From sequence record OR352939.1: a stretch of DNA of 64,000 nt, one strand, 5' to 3'. Shown here piece after piece: positions 1-8,042 of this stretch; within the stretch, counting starts at the first letter, position 1, and each line of letters starts with the position of its first letter. This DNA is from Escherichia phage AV109. The notes under the pieces were generated by a model that made no database searches, was not told the origin of the DNA, and saw only the letters and a list, made by a program, of their open reading frames with translations. Made by a program: the position numbers and the translations under genes.

Positions 1-73
1 GTTTTGTAATATAGACTATATGATGGGAACCGTCTTCAAGTGTAATCAGAATCTCTTGAATGACATTTTCCAT
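1..73 (-). CDS. 5' end of a minus-strand ORF running off the window start (MENVIQEILITLEDGSHHIVYITK...); position corresponds to T4 gene 40 region
   Basis: ATG at 73..71, open frame to position 1; no clear SD; position downstream of uvsX. Confidence 0.3.
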   Translation of the reverse strand, partial: MENVIQEILITLEDGSHHIVYITK

Positions 74-128
74 TGCTGAACGGATAATTTTAAGAGATTC
101 ATTAAACACTCGTTCTTTGCGAATGTCC

Positions 129-148
129 TCCCCTTCCGAAGAAGGGGA
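129..148 (-). other. RNA stem-loop, 8-bp stem with UUCG tetraloop on the minus-strand transcript, 35 nt downstream of uvsX stop
   Basis: tccccttc-cgaa-gaagggga perfect inverted repeat; no U-tract so not a classic terminator. Confidence 0.4.
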
Positions 149-182
149 TTCATCAACGATTTCTAGATTTAAATCATCGAGA

Positions 183-1355
183 TTATTCATCGAAATCTTC
201 CATTTCGTCAAGGTCGTTTTCTATATCTGCTGCAGACGGAGCATCAGAAGTTTTAACCGGAACTTTAGTTGTTGCTTTGCAATTAATAAGGTCGTTAACA
301 GCGTCATCAACTTCTTTAATAGAAGAGATAGCACCTAGTTTATATTTAGTTTCAATTGCATCTCGGAAAGGTTTGTGTTTAAACAAAGGTCCCCAGAATT
401 CTACACAATCAGTAGCTTTAGCACGCCATGATTTTTCTTCACGAATCATTTCACCTGTTTCTTCGTCAAGGAATTCGCGAGCATACCAACCGGCTTTAGG
501 CTTAACTACAAAACCAATTTCAGTTGCCATTTCTAACAAGCCACTGAATGGGTCAATACCGCCATCAAAATTAACCGTGATTGGGAAAGTAGATTTTTCT
601 TTAACGGTGCGAGATTTTTCTGCTTTCAACGTGAAGTCATAACCGGTCAATTCTGTACCTTCTTTAACCTGACGTTTAGAGATAAAGAATACAGTGTTAG
701 CAGAATAAAGAATACCTGTACCACCACCCATAATCTCTTTAGGATACAATCCGCCGATTTCCATTGCTGTATGGTTGATTGCAACACACGGAATATCTTT
801 AATAGTCAGATAAGGAGTCACAATACGGAAAAGAGATTTAAGTGCCTTAGCACGAGACATATCACCTACAACTTTCTCGTTCAATGCATCTTCAGTTTCT
901 TTCTTAGATGCAGTATTACCGATTGAATCGATAAAGATAATAACTTTATCACCCCGTTCAATCGCGTCAAGCTGATTAGTCATATCAACTTTAAGTTGTT
1001 CGACGGATTGAATCGGAGTATGAACTACACGGTCTAAATCAACACCCATTGAACGAAAATAAGATTCTGAAGCACCAAATTCTGAATCATAGAACAAACA
1101 AATTGCATCTTTATATTTCTTCATATATGCTGCAACCATGGTCAGTCCAAACAACGTTTTAAAGTGTTTAGAAGGAGCAGCAAAAATAGTCAAGCCTGAT
1201 TGCAATCCTGCATTCAGAGCACCACCTAGTGCAATATTCAACATTGGAATACGAGTAGGGACTTCATCACGATTATTAAACAGCTTAGACTTAGTCAAGT
1301 CTGCAGTCATTTTAGAAGTAGAAGCTTTAATCAGACGAGATTTTAAATCAGACAT
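183..1355 (-). CDS. uvsX: UvsX RecA-like recombinase
   Basis: 390 aa; N-terminus MSDLKSRLIKASTSK and overall sequence match T4 UvsX as I recall it; T4 gene order. Confidence 0.97.
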   Translation of the reverse strand: MSDLKSRLIKASTSKMTADLTKSKLFNNRDEVPTRIPMLNIALGGALNAGLQSGLTIFAAPSKHFKTLFGLTMVAAYMKKYKDAICLFYDSEFGASESYFRSMGVDLDRVVHTPIQSVEQLKVDMTNQLDAIERGDKVIIFIDSIGNTASKKETEDALNEKVVGDMSRAKALKSLFRIVTPYLTIKDIPCVAINHTAMEIGGLYPKEIMGGGTGILYSANTVFFISKRQVKEGTELTGYDFTLKAEKSRTVKEKSTFPITVNFDGGIDPFSGLLEMATEIGFVVKPKAGWYAREFLDEETGEMIREEKSWRAKATDCVEFWGPLFKHKPFRDAIETKYKLGAISSIKEVDDAVNDLINCKATTKVPVKTSDAPSAADIENDLDEMEDFDE

Positions 1356-1453
1356 TGTATTTTTCCATAGGCATCATTATATTTTACTCATGTTTAAAAG
1401 ATAAGATGATTATATACTAAGGGTTATACAGCATTTAAAACTTTAAATGGCTC

Positions 1454-2002
1454 TTAACGAGCCCATTTGATAATTTCTGTAATCAAATAATTACGTTCGC
1501 TTGCATTAAATCCTATAACTTTGTTAGCACCATCATGATTAAGTAATTGATACGTTTGGATTTTGTTATGAATTGCAAACTCTTCAAAATGTGAAATGAC
1601 TGTATTAAAACCGAATGAAGACAAAGTAATAAGGTCGTCTTCAAAACTTTCAGTCATTTCGTTACGTGTTAAAATAATTGTGAACACATCATGGTTTTGG
1701 CAAAGACGAACATAATCCTGTTCATAAACGTCAAGAACCGAGTCCGCATCTTGTCGAATACGTCCATAAACCCAGTTACTAATATATCCACGGTCTAACA
1801 GATAAATCTTAGTAGGGTCTAAATAATTCAACATCGTTTCGAAACAGCCAACTTCATTTCGAGACTTAACATCGAAACGTCCATCAACTGTTCGTTTAGG
1901 GAAATCAATTTTTACATATCTTTCACTAATTTCCATTATGTCATTAATGAAAGTTGTTTTACCAGCATTATCCGGTCCATCTACTAAAATAATTTTAGCC
2001 AT
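1454..2002 (-). CDS. P-loop kinase, thymidylate-kinase-like fold (nucleotide/nucleoside kinase candidate)
   Basis: 182 aa; Walker A GPDNAGKTT near N-terminus, DRGYISNWVYG resembles TMPK DRY..S motif; start abuts stop of upstream ORF. Confidence 0.55.
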   Translation of the reverse strand: MAKIILVDGPDNAGKTTFINDIMEISERYVKIDFPKRTVDGRFDVKSRNEVGCFETMLNYLDPTKIYLLDRGYISNWVYGRIRQDADSVLDVYEQDYVRLCQNHDVFTIILTRNEMTESFEDDLITLSSFGFNTVISHFEEFAIHNKIQTYQLLNHDGANKVIGFNASERNYLITEIIKWAR

Positions 2003-2003
2003 T

Positions 2004-2903
2004 TTATTCCTCGATTACGACATCTTCATATTTAGGTATATTATATGGTGAAGAAATTAAAGCATTAAAGTAGATGAACTCACCAAGACCTGGATGAAAT
2101 ACTTCTTCAGGATTTTCGAAATATTGAATCTTCGGACGTCCTTTAAGAATTTGATAGTACTCAGTTTTAGTTGGTTTAAAAATTCGAATCAACGCTTCTT
2201 CAGGATACTTATTTCTGTCAAAGCTATTATTTGGATCGGTTATATAAAGCGGTTGACCTAATTGAATTGCGCATTCAACAACTTGTTCAAAACGATAGCA
2301 TGGGTCACTAATTCGAAATGGATGAAAAATACCATCTAGATGAATAGGAGCCAAATCACCTACAAGACGCTGCATGATGGAAGGACGTATAACTTTCTGC
2401 GTTACGATAATCTTATTACCATCTGCACCTGCGTTAACCAGCACTTCTTTTTGACGTTCATTCAACACAGTTGTTTGGATTGAACGATTAACCGACAATA
2501 TGTCGGTTTTTAAGAATTCGTCAATATAAAAACGTGGTTTATTAGGGTCTGCGGTGATATTGAAATTGAATTCTACATCAAAAGCGCCGTCATATCCAGT
2601 GATATCTGTGATTAGAAAATCACAATCATAATAAGCAATTAATGAATCAACCACAAATTCATTTTCAGACCAGAAATATTTACGAGTGTTATACGCGTTA
2701 TCTTTATACCATAATGGAACAAACTTAAATTCTGGAAAAAGACGTTCGCATTCTTTAATATCAGATGCATTACGTGGATATGTAATCACATCACCCGGAT
2801 TAGCACGGTGCAAATGAAGTTGGAAGTTGCCATCCTTAAGGATAGCATACTGTCCAGTTTCATAAGACCGCATACTCAAGATAGGTACGCGGAAAATAGC
2901 CAT
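2004..2903 (-). CDS. hypothetical protein occupying the position of T4 beta-glucosyltransferase
   Basis: 299 aa ORF; start overlaps gene 42 stop by 1 nt (TAATG); no motif I can assign. Confidence 0.55.
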   Translation of the reverse strand: MAIFRVPILSMRSYETGQYAILKDGNFQLHLHRANPGDVITYPRNASDIKECERLFPEFKFVPLWYKDNAYNTRKYFWSENEFVVDSLIAYYDCDFLITDITGYDGAFDVEFNFNITADPNKPRFYIDEFLKTDILSVNRSIQTTVLNERQKEVLVNAGADGNKIIVTQKVIRPSIMQRLVGDLAPIHLDGIFHPFRISDPCYRFEQVVECAIQLGQPLYITDPNNSFDRNKYPEEALIRIFKPTKTEYYQILKGRPKIQYFENPEEVFHPGLGEFIYFNALISSPYNIPKYEDVVIEE

Positions 2904-3619
2904 TAGTCAAGGAATCCTTTAACATAATCAAAATCACGTTCAAACACATGGGCACTTACCATGGTATGAGTATAATCACCAACTTCTACACCACATTCGT
3001 TAGCGATATAATGAAGTAATTTTCCTTGGAGATAAAAATCCAACTGCATAACAACAGCACAGTTCTGGGAACGCATATGACAGTGGGTATAAAGCTTACC
3101 GTCACGAATATAATAGGTCACTGAGTCAGTACATGGATATTCAAGCGTTTCGTCTGAATCAAGCAAAGCCTGATCAGAACTTTCTAGAATTTGGAACACA
3201 ACTCTTCGGGAGTTAGGCTTCTCTTTAAGTTCTTTTAGAAGAGCTGGTAATTGAGCCGCAATGCGAGGACCATAGAAAGTGTTGAAGTTCGCCGGCAAAA
3301 CATCTGATTTTGGTTTAGAAATAAATTTAGCGACATTAGGATATGCCTTAAACGCTTCTTCTGCGTTGGTACCACCAGAAATCATAAACTTCCAGAAGTC
3401 TTCGGCATATTCATAAGAGATGCGGTTAATACGTGGGTCGGTCATTTTGAATGATGATGGAGTGTCAACAACTACTGTCATAGACCCAATTTCATTACAA
3501 CGTCCAATACGAGAATCAGTTACGAATTCCGGGTTTTCTAAAATTTCACGATTGACTGCTTTAAATGCGGCTTGAAAATCTGCGGCTTTGATATATTTCA
3601 TTGTGTTATGTTTTCCCAT
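2903..3619 (-). CDS. 42: dCMP hydroxymethylase (thymidylate-synthase fold)
   Basis: 238 aa; CTDSVTYYIRDGKLY...HMRSQNCAVV region resembles T4 gp42 catalytic core; position between uvsX and 43. Confidence 0.85.
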   Translation of the reverse strand: MGKHNTMKYIKAADFQAAFKAVNREILENPEFVTDSRIGRCNEIGSMTVVVDTPSSFKMTDPRINRISYEYAEDFWKFMISGGTNAEEAFKAYPNVAKFISKPKSDVLPANFNTFYGPRIAAQLPALLKELKEKPNSRRVVFQILESSDQALLDSDETLEYPCTDSVTYYIRDGKLYTHCHMRSQNCAVVMQLDFYLQGKLLHYIANECGVEVGDYTHTMVSAHVFERDFDYVKGFLD

Positions 3620-3661
3620 GTTTACCTCAATACAATTTATTATATACTCAATTTGTAAAGC

Positions 3662-3901
3662 TTATTTGAATTTCTTGGCAATGTTGATATAACGTAAAGC
3701 TTCAGTATCAATACTTCCAAGAACACTATGAAGAAATGCATCAGCGTAGTATTCCAATTGAACAGGTTCTTTAATCACTTTAGCCGCTTTGGTTTCAAAC
3801 AGGCCCATCAGGGCCTTTTTAAGAATTTGTTCGTTAGTGTTCAGTTTAATAGTCAAAATCTCTTCGTTAAGTTTATAATTAAAAGTTTTTCTAGAAATCA
3901 T
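3662..3901 (-). CDS. hypothetical protein (79 aa)
   Basis: ORF; start overlaps stop of upstream 389-aa ORF (ATGA). Confidence 0.5.
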   Translation of the reverse strand: MISRKTFNYKLNEEILTIKLNTNEQILKKALMGLFETKAAKVIKEPVQLEYYADAFLHSVLGSIDTEALRYINIAKKFK

Positions 3902-5067
3902 TCCGGGTACCTCAAAGCGTCATCAGAGTTAGTTATATCAATAATAGATATAGAGTTTTCTGCTAACCCGTTTTTAGATAATTGACGTTTATAATATCTT
4001 TCACAATATGTACACGTCGTCCCGCAGATTTCATTAGCACAATCGAAATCTGGATGTCTGAACCACCTTTTTTCTAAAAAGCCATCTAACAAAGAGGTTT
4101 CAATATTTACTGTATGTGAAAACTCAGTTTCGTTTTCAAGAGTGAAAATGGTCTCTAAAGGCTTCCACAGTTCTAACAAATTACCTTCAAACTTTTCAGA
4201 AGCGTATGCTTCAAGAACTTTCAAAATGTAGTCTGTGCTACCTGTACGTCCTGAAACTTTGAATTGAGTGATACCAATATCATTATAAAGTTTCAAATCT
4301 TGAGGACGAACAAAACGAGTTCTCAACCAGTTAAATGGGTCTGTATCACGAGCTTTAATACAGTGCTGCATAGGATATCCGTTTAAGGATTTAGCATCAT
4401 CAGCTGTAACATCAGTACTATGGAAAATATAGCAAGAGTCACGATAGCTACAATGTGTTGTATACCCTTTACCAGCATTAGAACAGAACTCATTTACAAG
4501 AACTTCAAATATTATATTGTTCTTATTGCAAAACTCTGCTGCACGCTTCAGGAAAGAAACTGAACGGTTCTTATGAATTCCGCAGCAGACCTTTTTGATA
4601 TTATACTGGTCATGCAAGTATTTGATTTGAGTTACAGCATCGACATGTAGAATTGTTGAAACTTCAATCTCAATGTCTTTATTGACTTCACGAACAATTT
4701 CCATAACAACAGGGTTAGCGATAGTAATACGCCATACGCCTATTGACCAAAGATACTGAACATAATCCTGAATAGCTTTCTTCTTCCACTCAACTAGTTC
4801 TCTTTTTGAACCAGGATTTATCGTGTTGAGTGTATAGTTAAAGCAAATACCTAATTCGTTACAACGTTTAACGTAGTCTTCTAACATCTTTTTGTCAACG
4901 TCAGGAAGCCTAAAATCAGGTCTGGCTGCTACAAAAGCCATTTCTCTTGTAGAGCCATATACTTCGTTTATCAAGCTATTAGGATAGGTTTTATTGAGCT
5001 CTACGATTTTATCAAGAAGAGCTAAATCAAAATTCGTTCCGATTTTAAAAGTATTCATTTTTTGCAT
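3898..5067 (-). CDS. hypothetical Cys-rich protein; candidate transferase or Fe-S enzyme of the sugar-modification module
   Basis: 389 aa; EVLVNEFCSNAGKGYTTHCSYRDSC and C-terminal CANEICGTTCTYC cysteine clusters; loosely reminiscent of U32-family signature but not a strict match. Confidence 0.55.
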   Translation of the reverse strand: MQKMNTFKIGTNFDLALLDKIVELNKTYPNSLINEVYGSTREMAFVAARPDFRLPDVDKKMLEDYVKRCNELGICFNYTLNTINPGSKRELVEWKKKAIQDYVQYLWSIGVWRITIANPVVMEIVREVNKDIEIEVSTILHVDAVTQIKYLHDQYNIKKVCCGIHKNRSVSFLKRAAEFCNKNNIIFEVLVNEFCSNAGKGYTTHCSYRDSCYIFHSTDVTADDAKSLNGYPMQHCIKARDTDPFNWLRTRFVRPQDLKLYNDIGITQFKVSGRTGSTDYILKVLEAYASEKFEGNLLELWKPLETIFTLENETEFSHTVNIETSLLDGFLEKRWFRHPDFDCANEICGTTCTYCERYYKRQLSKNGLAENSISIIDITNSDDALRYPE

Positions 5068-5113
5068 CTCGCGTTAATTGATGCGATGGTTTTTGCAGGT
5101 CTTACTTAAATTA

Positions 5114-5500
5114 TTATAGATTCGGTTTATACGATTTAAATGTTTCGAATTCGCCTTTATTCATAAGAGCTTTGAATTCGTCAGGACGCATAGCTTTGTC
5201 GTCGATAATCCAATCATATACTGGTTTATGTGTTAGCAAATTATGGTACTTCAAGCCAATGTTTGCCAAGTTCTGAATCAGACTTGGGAGAATGTCAATT
5301 GCTATACGACCAGGACCTACTGACTTCATACCGCGAGCAGTGTAAAGCGTTATGGTATGCCCTGCATCATACAGGGCATTAATGGCAGACACCATTTCGA
5401 CGTCTGGTTTGAAGTTCACGTAATCACGATTGTTATTCCACTCTGTTATACAATCATCGACATCAAAACAAAGATTAAGCATGTTTTCTACACGGTGCAT
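5114..5500 (-). CDS. HAD-like phosphatase (putative sugar-phosphate phosphatase)
   Basis: Motifs FDVDDCIT, TLYTARG, conserved K, WIIDDKA consistent with HAD motifs I-IV; probable start at the ATG overlapping upstream stop (TAATG); track ORF extends to 5515. Confidence 0.5.
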   Translation of the reverse strand: MHRVENMLNLCFDVDDCITEWNNNRDYVNFKPDVEMVSAINALYDAGHTITLYTARGMKSVGPGRIAIDILPSLIQNLANIGLKYHNLLTHKPVYDWIIDDKAMRPDEFKALMNKGEFETFKSYKPNL

Positions 5501-7185
5501 TAGATTCGTTCCCATTGATGAGTGATATCGCCACCGATTGGACGATAGGAAACACCAGTTTCTTTATCAGTTAGTACCCATTTACCAGGATTTTTTGTAA
5601 TCAGAGTAGCCGTTACAGGTTCTGCTACGTCATAACTAATAGAGCCGTCCTGAAGTACACGGCCCATGTTACGTAATTGCTTAGTCAGAAGTTCCATACC
5701 TTTATAATATGCGGCTACCGCTTTAAGTGGATTATTCTTGAAATAACCACCTAATGCAATCCAGATAATTGCCACAGCCAAATGATGATATTCATTAAAC
5801 GAACTCAGCTTTCCATATTTGTAAACTAATGGATTGATGTTAATAGTCACATTACAAGTTGTTTCATCAATAGTAAACTGTCCCCAGGTCGGATTAGCAT
5901 TGAATTCATCATAACCTGAAACAGCATAAAGCACTTTAGCTTCATCATACAATTTTGGCCCGTAAATCTTGGTTTCACCAAAATATCCACGAGGGTCGAT
6001 AAATTTGACTTCGCCGTTATCAGTAATCATAGTATTACTGAAGTTCGGGTCACCATGAATAACAGAGTACTGTCCCTGAGAACGGTTATGATAACGAATA
6101 AGGTGTTCTAAAGCTTGTTTCAGCATTGGCTTCAGACGTCCAATCTTAGTGTAGTTCACATGTGTGATTTTACCAAATGAATCAATCAACGGTTGAATGC
6201 TTTCACAACGATCAATAACTTTCGTATAGAATTCTTTAGTGAAATCACGACGAACAGTTTCAGGACTTACAAAATAAGTGTCTGTGCTGAATTTCAGTGC
6301 ATCTAAAATTGCATCAACAATTTGTGGACGAGCAAGACTTGATTTGGATTTAATATATTCAAATGCCGGCTTACCTTTAATGCGTTCCATTTCAAAGTTA
6401 TTTTCATTAACAGAAACTAACTGAGGAACTGAATCTGATTTCACTTTAAGATACCATGAAATCTCATCTTTCTGAAGAGCTCGACCTTGTTCAGTTAATG
6501 CGAATTTAGTTACAGTTTCTTCACCAATTTCAACTGCATTAAAACTACGATTAAGTTCACGAACTTCATGAGCCTTTTCAAGTTTAGGCATATCACCAAG
6601 GTCGATGATATTCATAAGCTCTGATTTATTGAATGCGCCGCTGTAAAGGAATTCTACGAAATCACGTCCTTTGCAGTATTCATGAATTTCCTCATCGGTA
6701 GAACCCATGTAGAATTCCCAGTCTTTGAACTGGTAAATTCCCACAACATTACCACCTGTTGAACCTACGTTAGTGATATTTTCACCATCGAAATTATATC
6801 GACATTCGTCACCCTTAACATAGATTGCGTTAACATTCCAAGACCATGAACCAAAATCAGGAATAATATCACACCAGTTAACAATTACGTTATGGCCGTC
6901 TAAATCTTTGTGTAATTTAGCAAGAGCATAAGCAGAACCATACGCTTCATCGACTGTACGAATAGTCACATTGAACCCTTCTTGCTCACAATAAGCTCGA
7001 ACAGTTTCAGCAAATTTTGAATGAACTACTACAATAATTTCATCTGCGCCAAGGTCAGAATAAATTGTATACAAATTGCTCAGAATAGTGTCTTGTTTAT
7101 AGTTAACAAGCACCTTAGGAATATGGTGAGTAATTGGATATAAACGAGTTGCCAATCCAGCACCAAGAATAACAGCTTTTTTCAT
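5500..7185 (-). CDS. bifunctional sugar-1-phosphate nucleotidyltransferase (N-terminal) / sugar kinase (C-terminal, APH/choline-kinase fold)
   Basis: 561 aa; N-terminal ILGAGLATRL nucleotidyltransferase glycine loop; C-terminal HGDPNFSNTMI...FIDPRGYFG kinase catalytic loop; SD GAGGA upstream. Confidence 0.8.
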   Translation of the reverse strand: MKKAVILGAGLATRLYPITHHIPKVLVNYKQDTILSNLYTIYSDLGADEIIVVVHSKFAETVRAYCEQEGFNVTIRTVDEAYGSAYALAKLHKDLDGHNVIVNWCDIIPDFGSWSWNVNAIYVKGDECRYNFDGENITNVGSTGGNVVGIYQFKDWEFYMGSTDEEIHEYCKGRDFVEFLYSGAFNKSELMNIIDLGDMPKLEKAHEVRELNRSFNAVEIGEETVTKFALTEQGRALQKDEISWYLKVKSDSVPQLVSVNENNFEMERIKGKPAFEYIKSKSSLARPQIVDAILDALKFSTDTYFVSPETVRRDFTKEFYTKVIDRCESIQPLIDSFGKITHVNYTKIGRLKPMLKQALEHLIRYHNRSQGQYSVIHGDPNFSNTMITDNGEVKFIDPRGYFGETKIYGPKLYDEAKVLYAVSGYDEFNANPTWGQFTIDETTCNVTININPLVYKYGKLSSFNEYHHLAVAIIWIALGGYFKNNPLKAVAAYYKGMELLTKQLRNMGRVLQDGSISYDVAEPVTATLITKNPGKWVLTDKETGVSYRPIGGDITHQWERI

Positions 7186-7226
7186 GTTGTGGTCCTCATT
7201 GGTAAGTAGGAGTATTGTACACTATT

Positions 7227-7370
7227 CTAGTTAAAGCATTCATACTTTGCTTGTAGTCCAATCATAATCCATCCAATTACAAGTGTTGGAATCATTACCG
7301 GAGCCGTTAAGCTCCAGTAGATAGTCATGACAAGCATCAATAGTAAAAGTCCTATTGTTATTGCTTTCAT
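7227..7370 (-). CDS. small hydrophobic membrane protein (47 aa), not in ORF track
   Basis: MKAITIGLLLLMLVMTIYWSLTAPVMIPTLVIGWIMIGLQAKYECFN; ATGA overlap with SIS gene stop; SD GAGG 8 nt upstream. Confidence 0.45.
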   Translation of the reverse strand: MKAITIGLLLLMLVMTIYWSLTAPVMIPTLVIGWIMIGLQAKYECFN

Positions 7371-8002
7371 TGTTCGCCTCGTAACATGGCACCTAGTGCA
7401 CCGCCTGGATGGAACTTAAGGAAATCATTAGAGGTAAATCCACGTTCAGACGAAAGGTTGATAGCAAACGTATCGATAAGCGCTAACAACAATGTAGTGG
7501 ACATTGTCGGAGCTAAAGAGTTCTCGTCAACTTCTACCGCGATACCAGTACAGAACGTATAATCAAAAAGAGCTTCGTATTCTTGTGGAATGTCAGGGTT
7601 ACAATGTAACAGAATCTGTTTAACCTGAGGACGAATCATACGAAGATGTTTAGCAACACCTATCATTTCTTCAGTCTTACCAGAACGACTAATATGAATC
7701 AACACGTCATTAGGTGCAATAAATCCTGCGTCACCATGAGAATAATGCCCAGTGTTCAAATACATGCTAGGAATACCTAGTGAAGCAAATGTCTCGGAAG
7801 CTTTAGTTGCGATATTAGCATTCTTACCAACACCTGTAATAATTACCCGGCTTTCATAATTACTAAGTCCAGGGCGTCGAAGAGTTTCTAGAATAGCATT
7901 ATAACGAGCAGGGTTTTGACTAATTACTTTGGCCATAGCGGCCAAAGAAGAAGCTTGTTTTATGATTGCGTCAATAGCGATAGTAATAGGAGTAGTTTTC
8001 AT
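7367..8002 (-). CDS. SIS-domain sugar-phosphate isomerase, arabinose-5-phosphate isomerase (KdsD/KpsF) type without CBS domains
   Basis: 211 aa; GVGKNANIATK, SRSGKTEE, LAPTMSTT and HPGGALG motifs characteristic of API SIS domains. Confidence 0.8.
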   Translation of the reverse strand: MKTTPITIAIDAIIKQASSLAAMAKVISQNPARYNAILETLRRPGLSNYESRVIITGVGKNANIATKASETFASLGIPSMYLNTGHYSHGDAGFIAPNDVLIHISRSGKTEEMIGVAKHLRMIRPQVKQILLHCNPDIPQEYEALFDYTFCTGIAVEVDENSLAPTMSTTLLLALIDTFAINLSSERGFTSNDFLKFHPGGALGAMLRGEQ

Positions 8003-8042
8003 ATTTCTCTCATTTAATTAGTTTACCGTCCATGGCATTATA

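Noticed and set aside
60-642. Plus-strand ORFs 60..338 and 277..642 at the window start
   Set aside because: They lie antisense to uvsX and the uvsX downstream region, have low-complexity composition and no SD; treated as shadow ORFs
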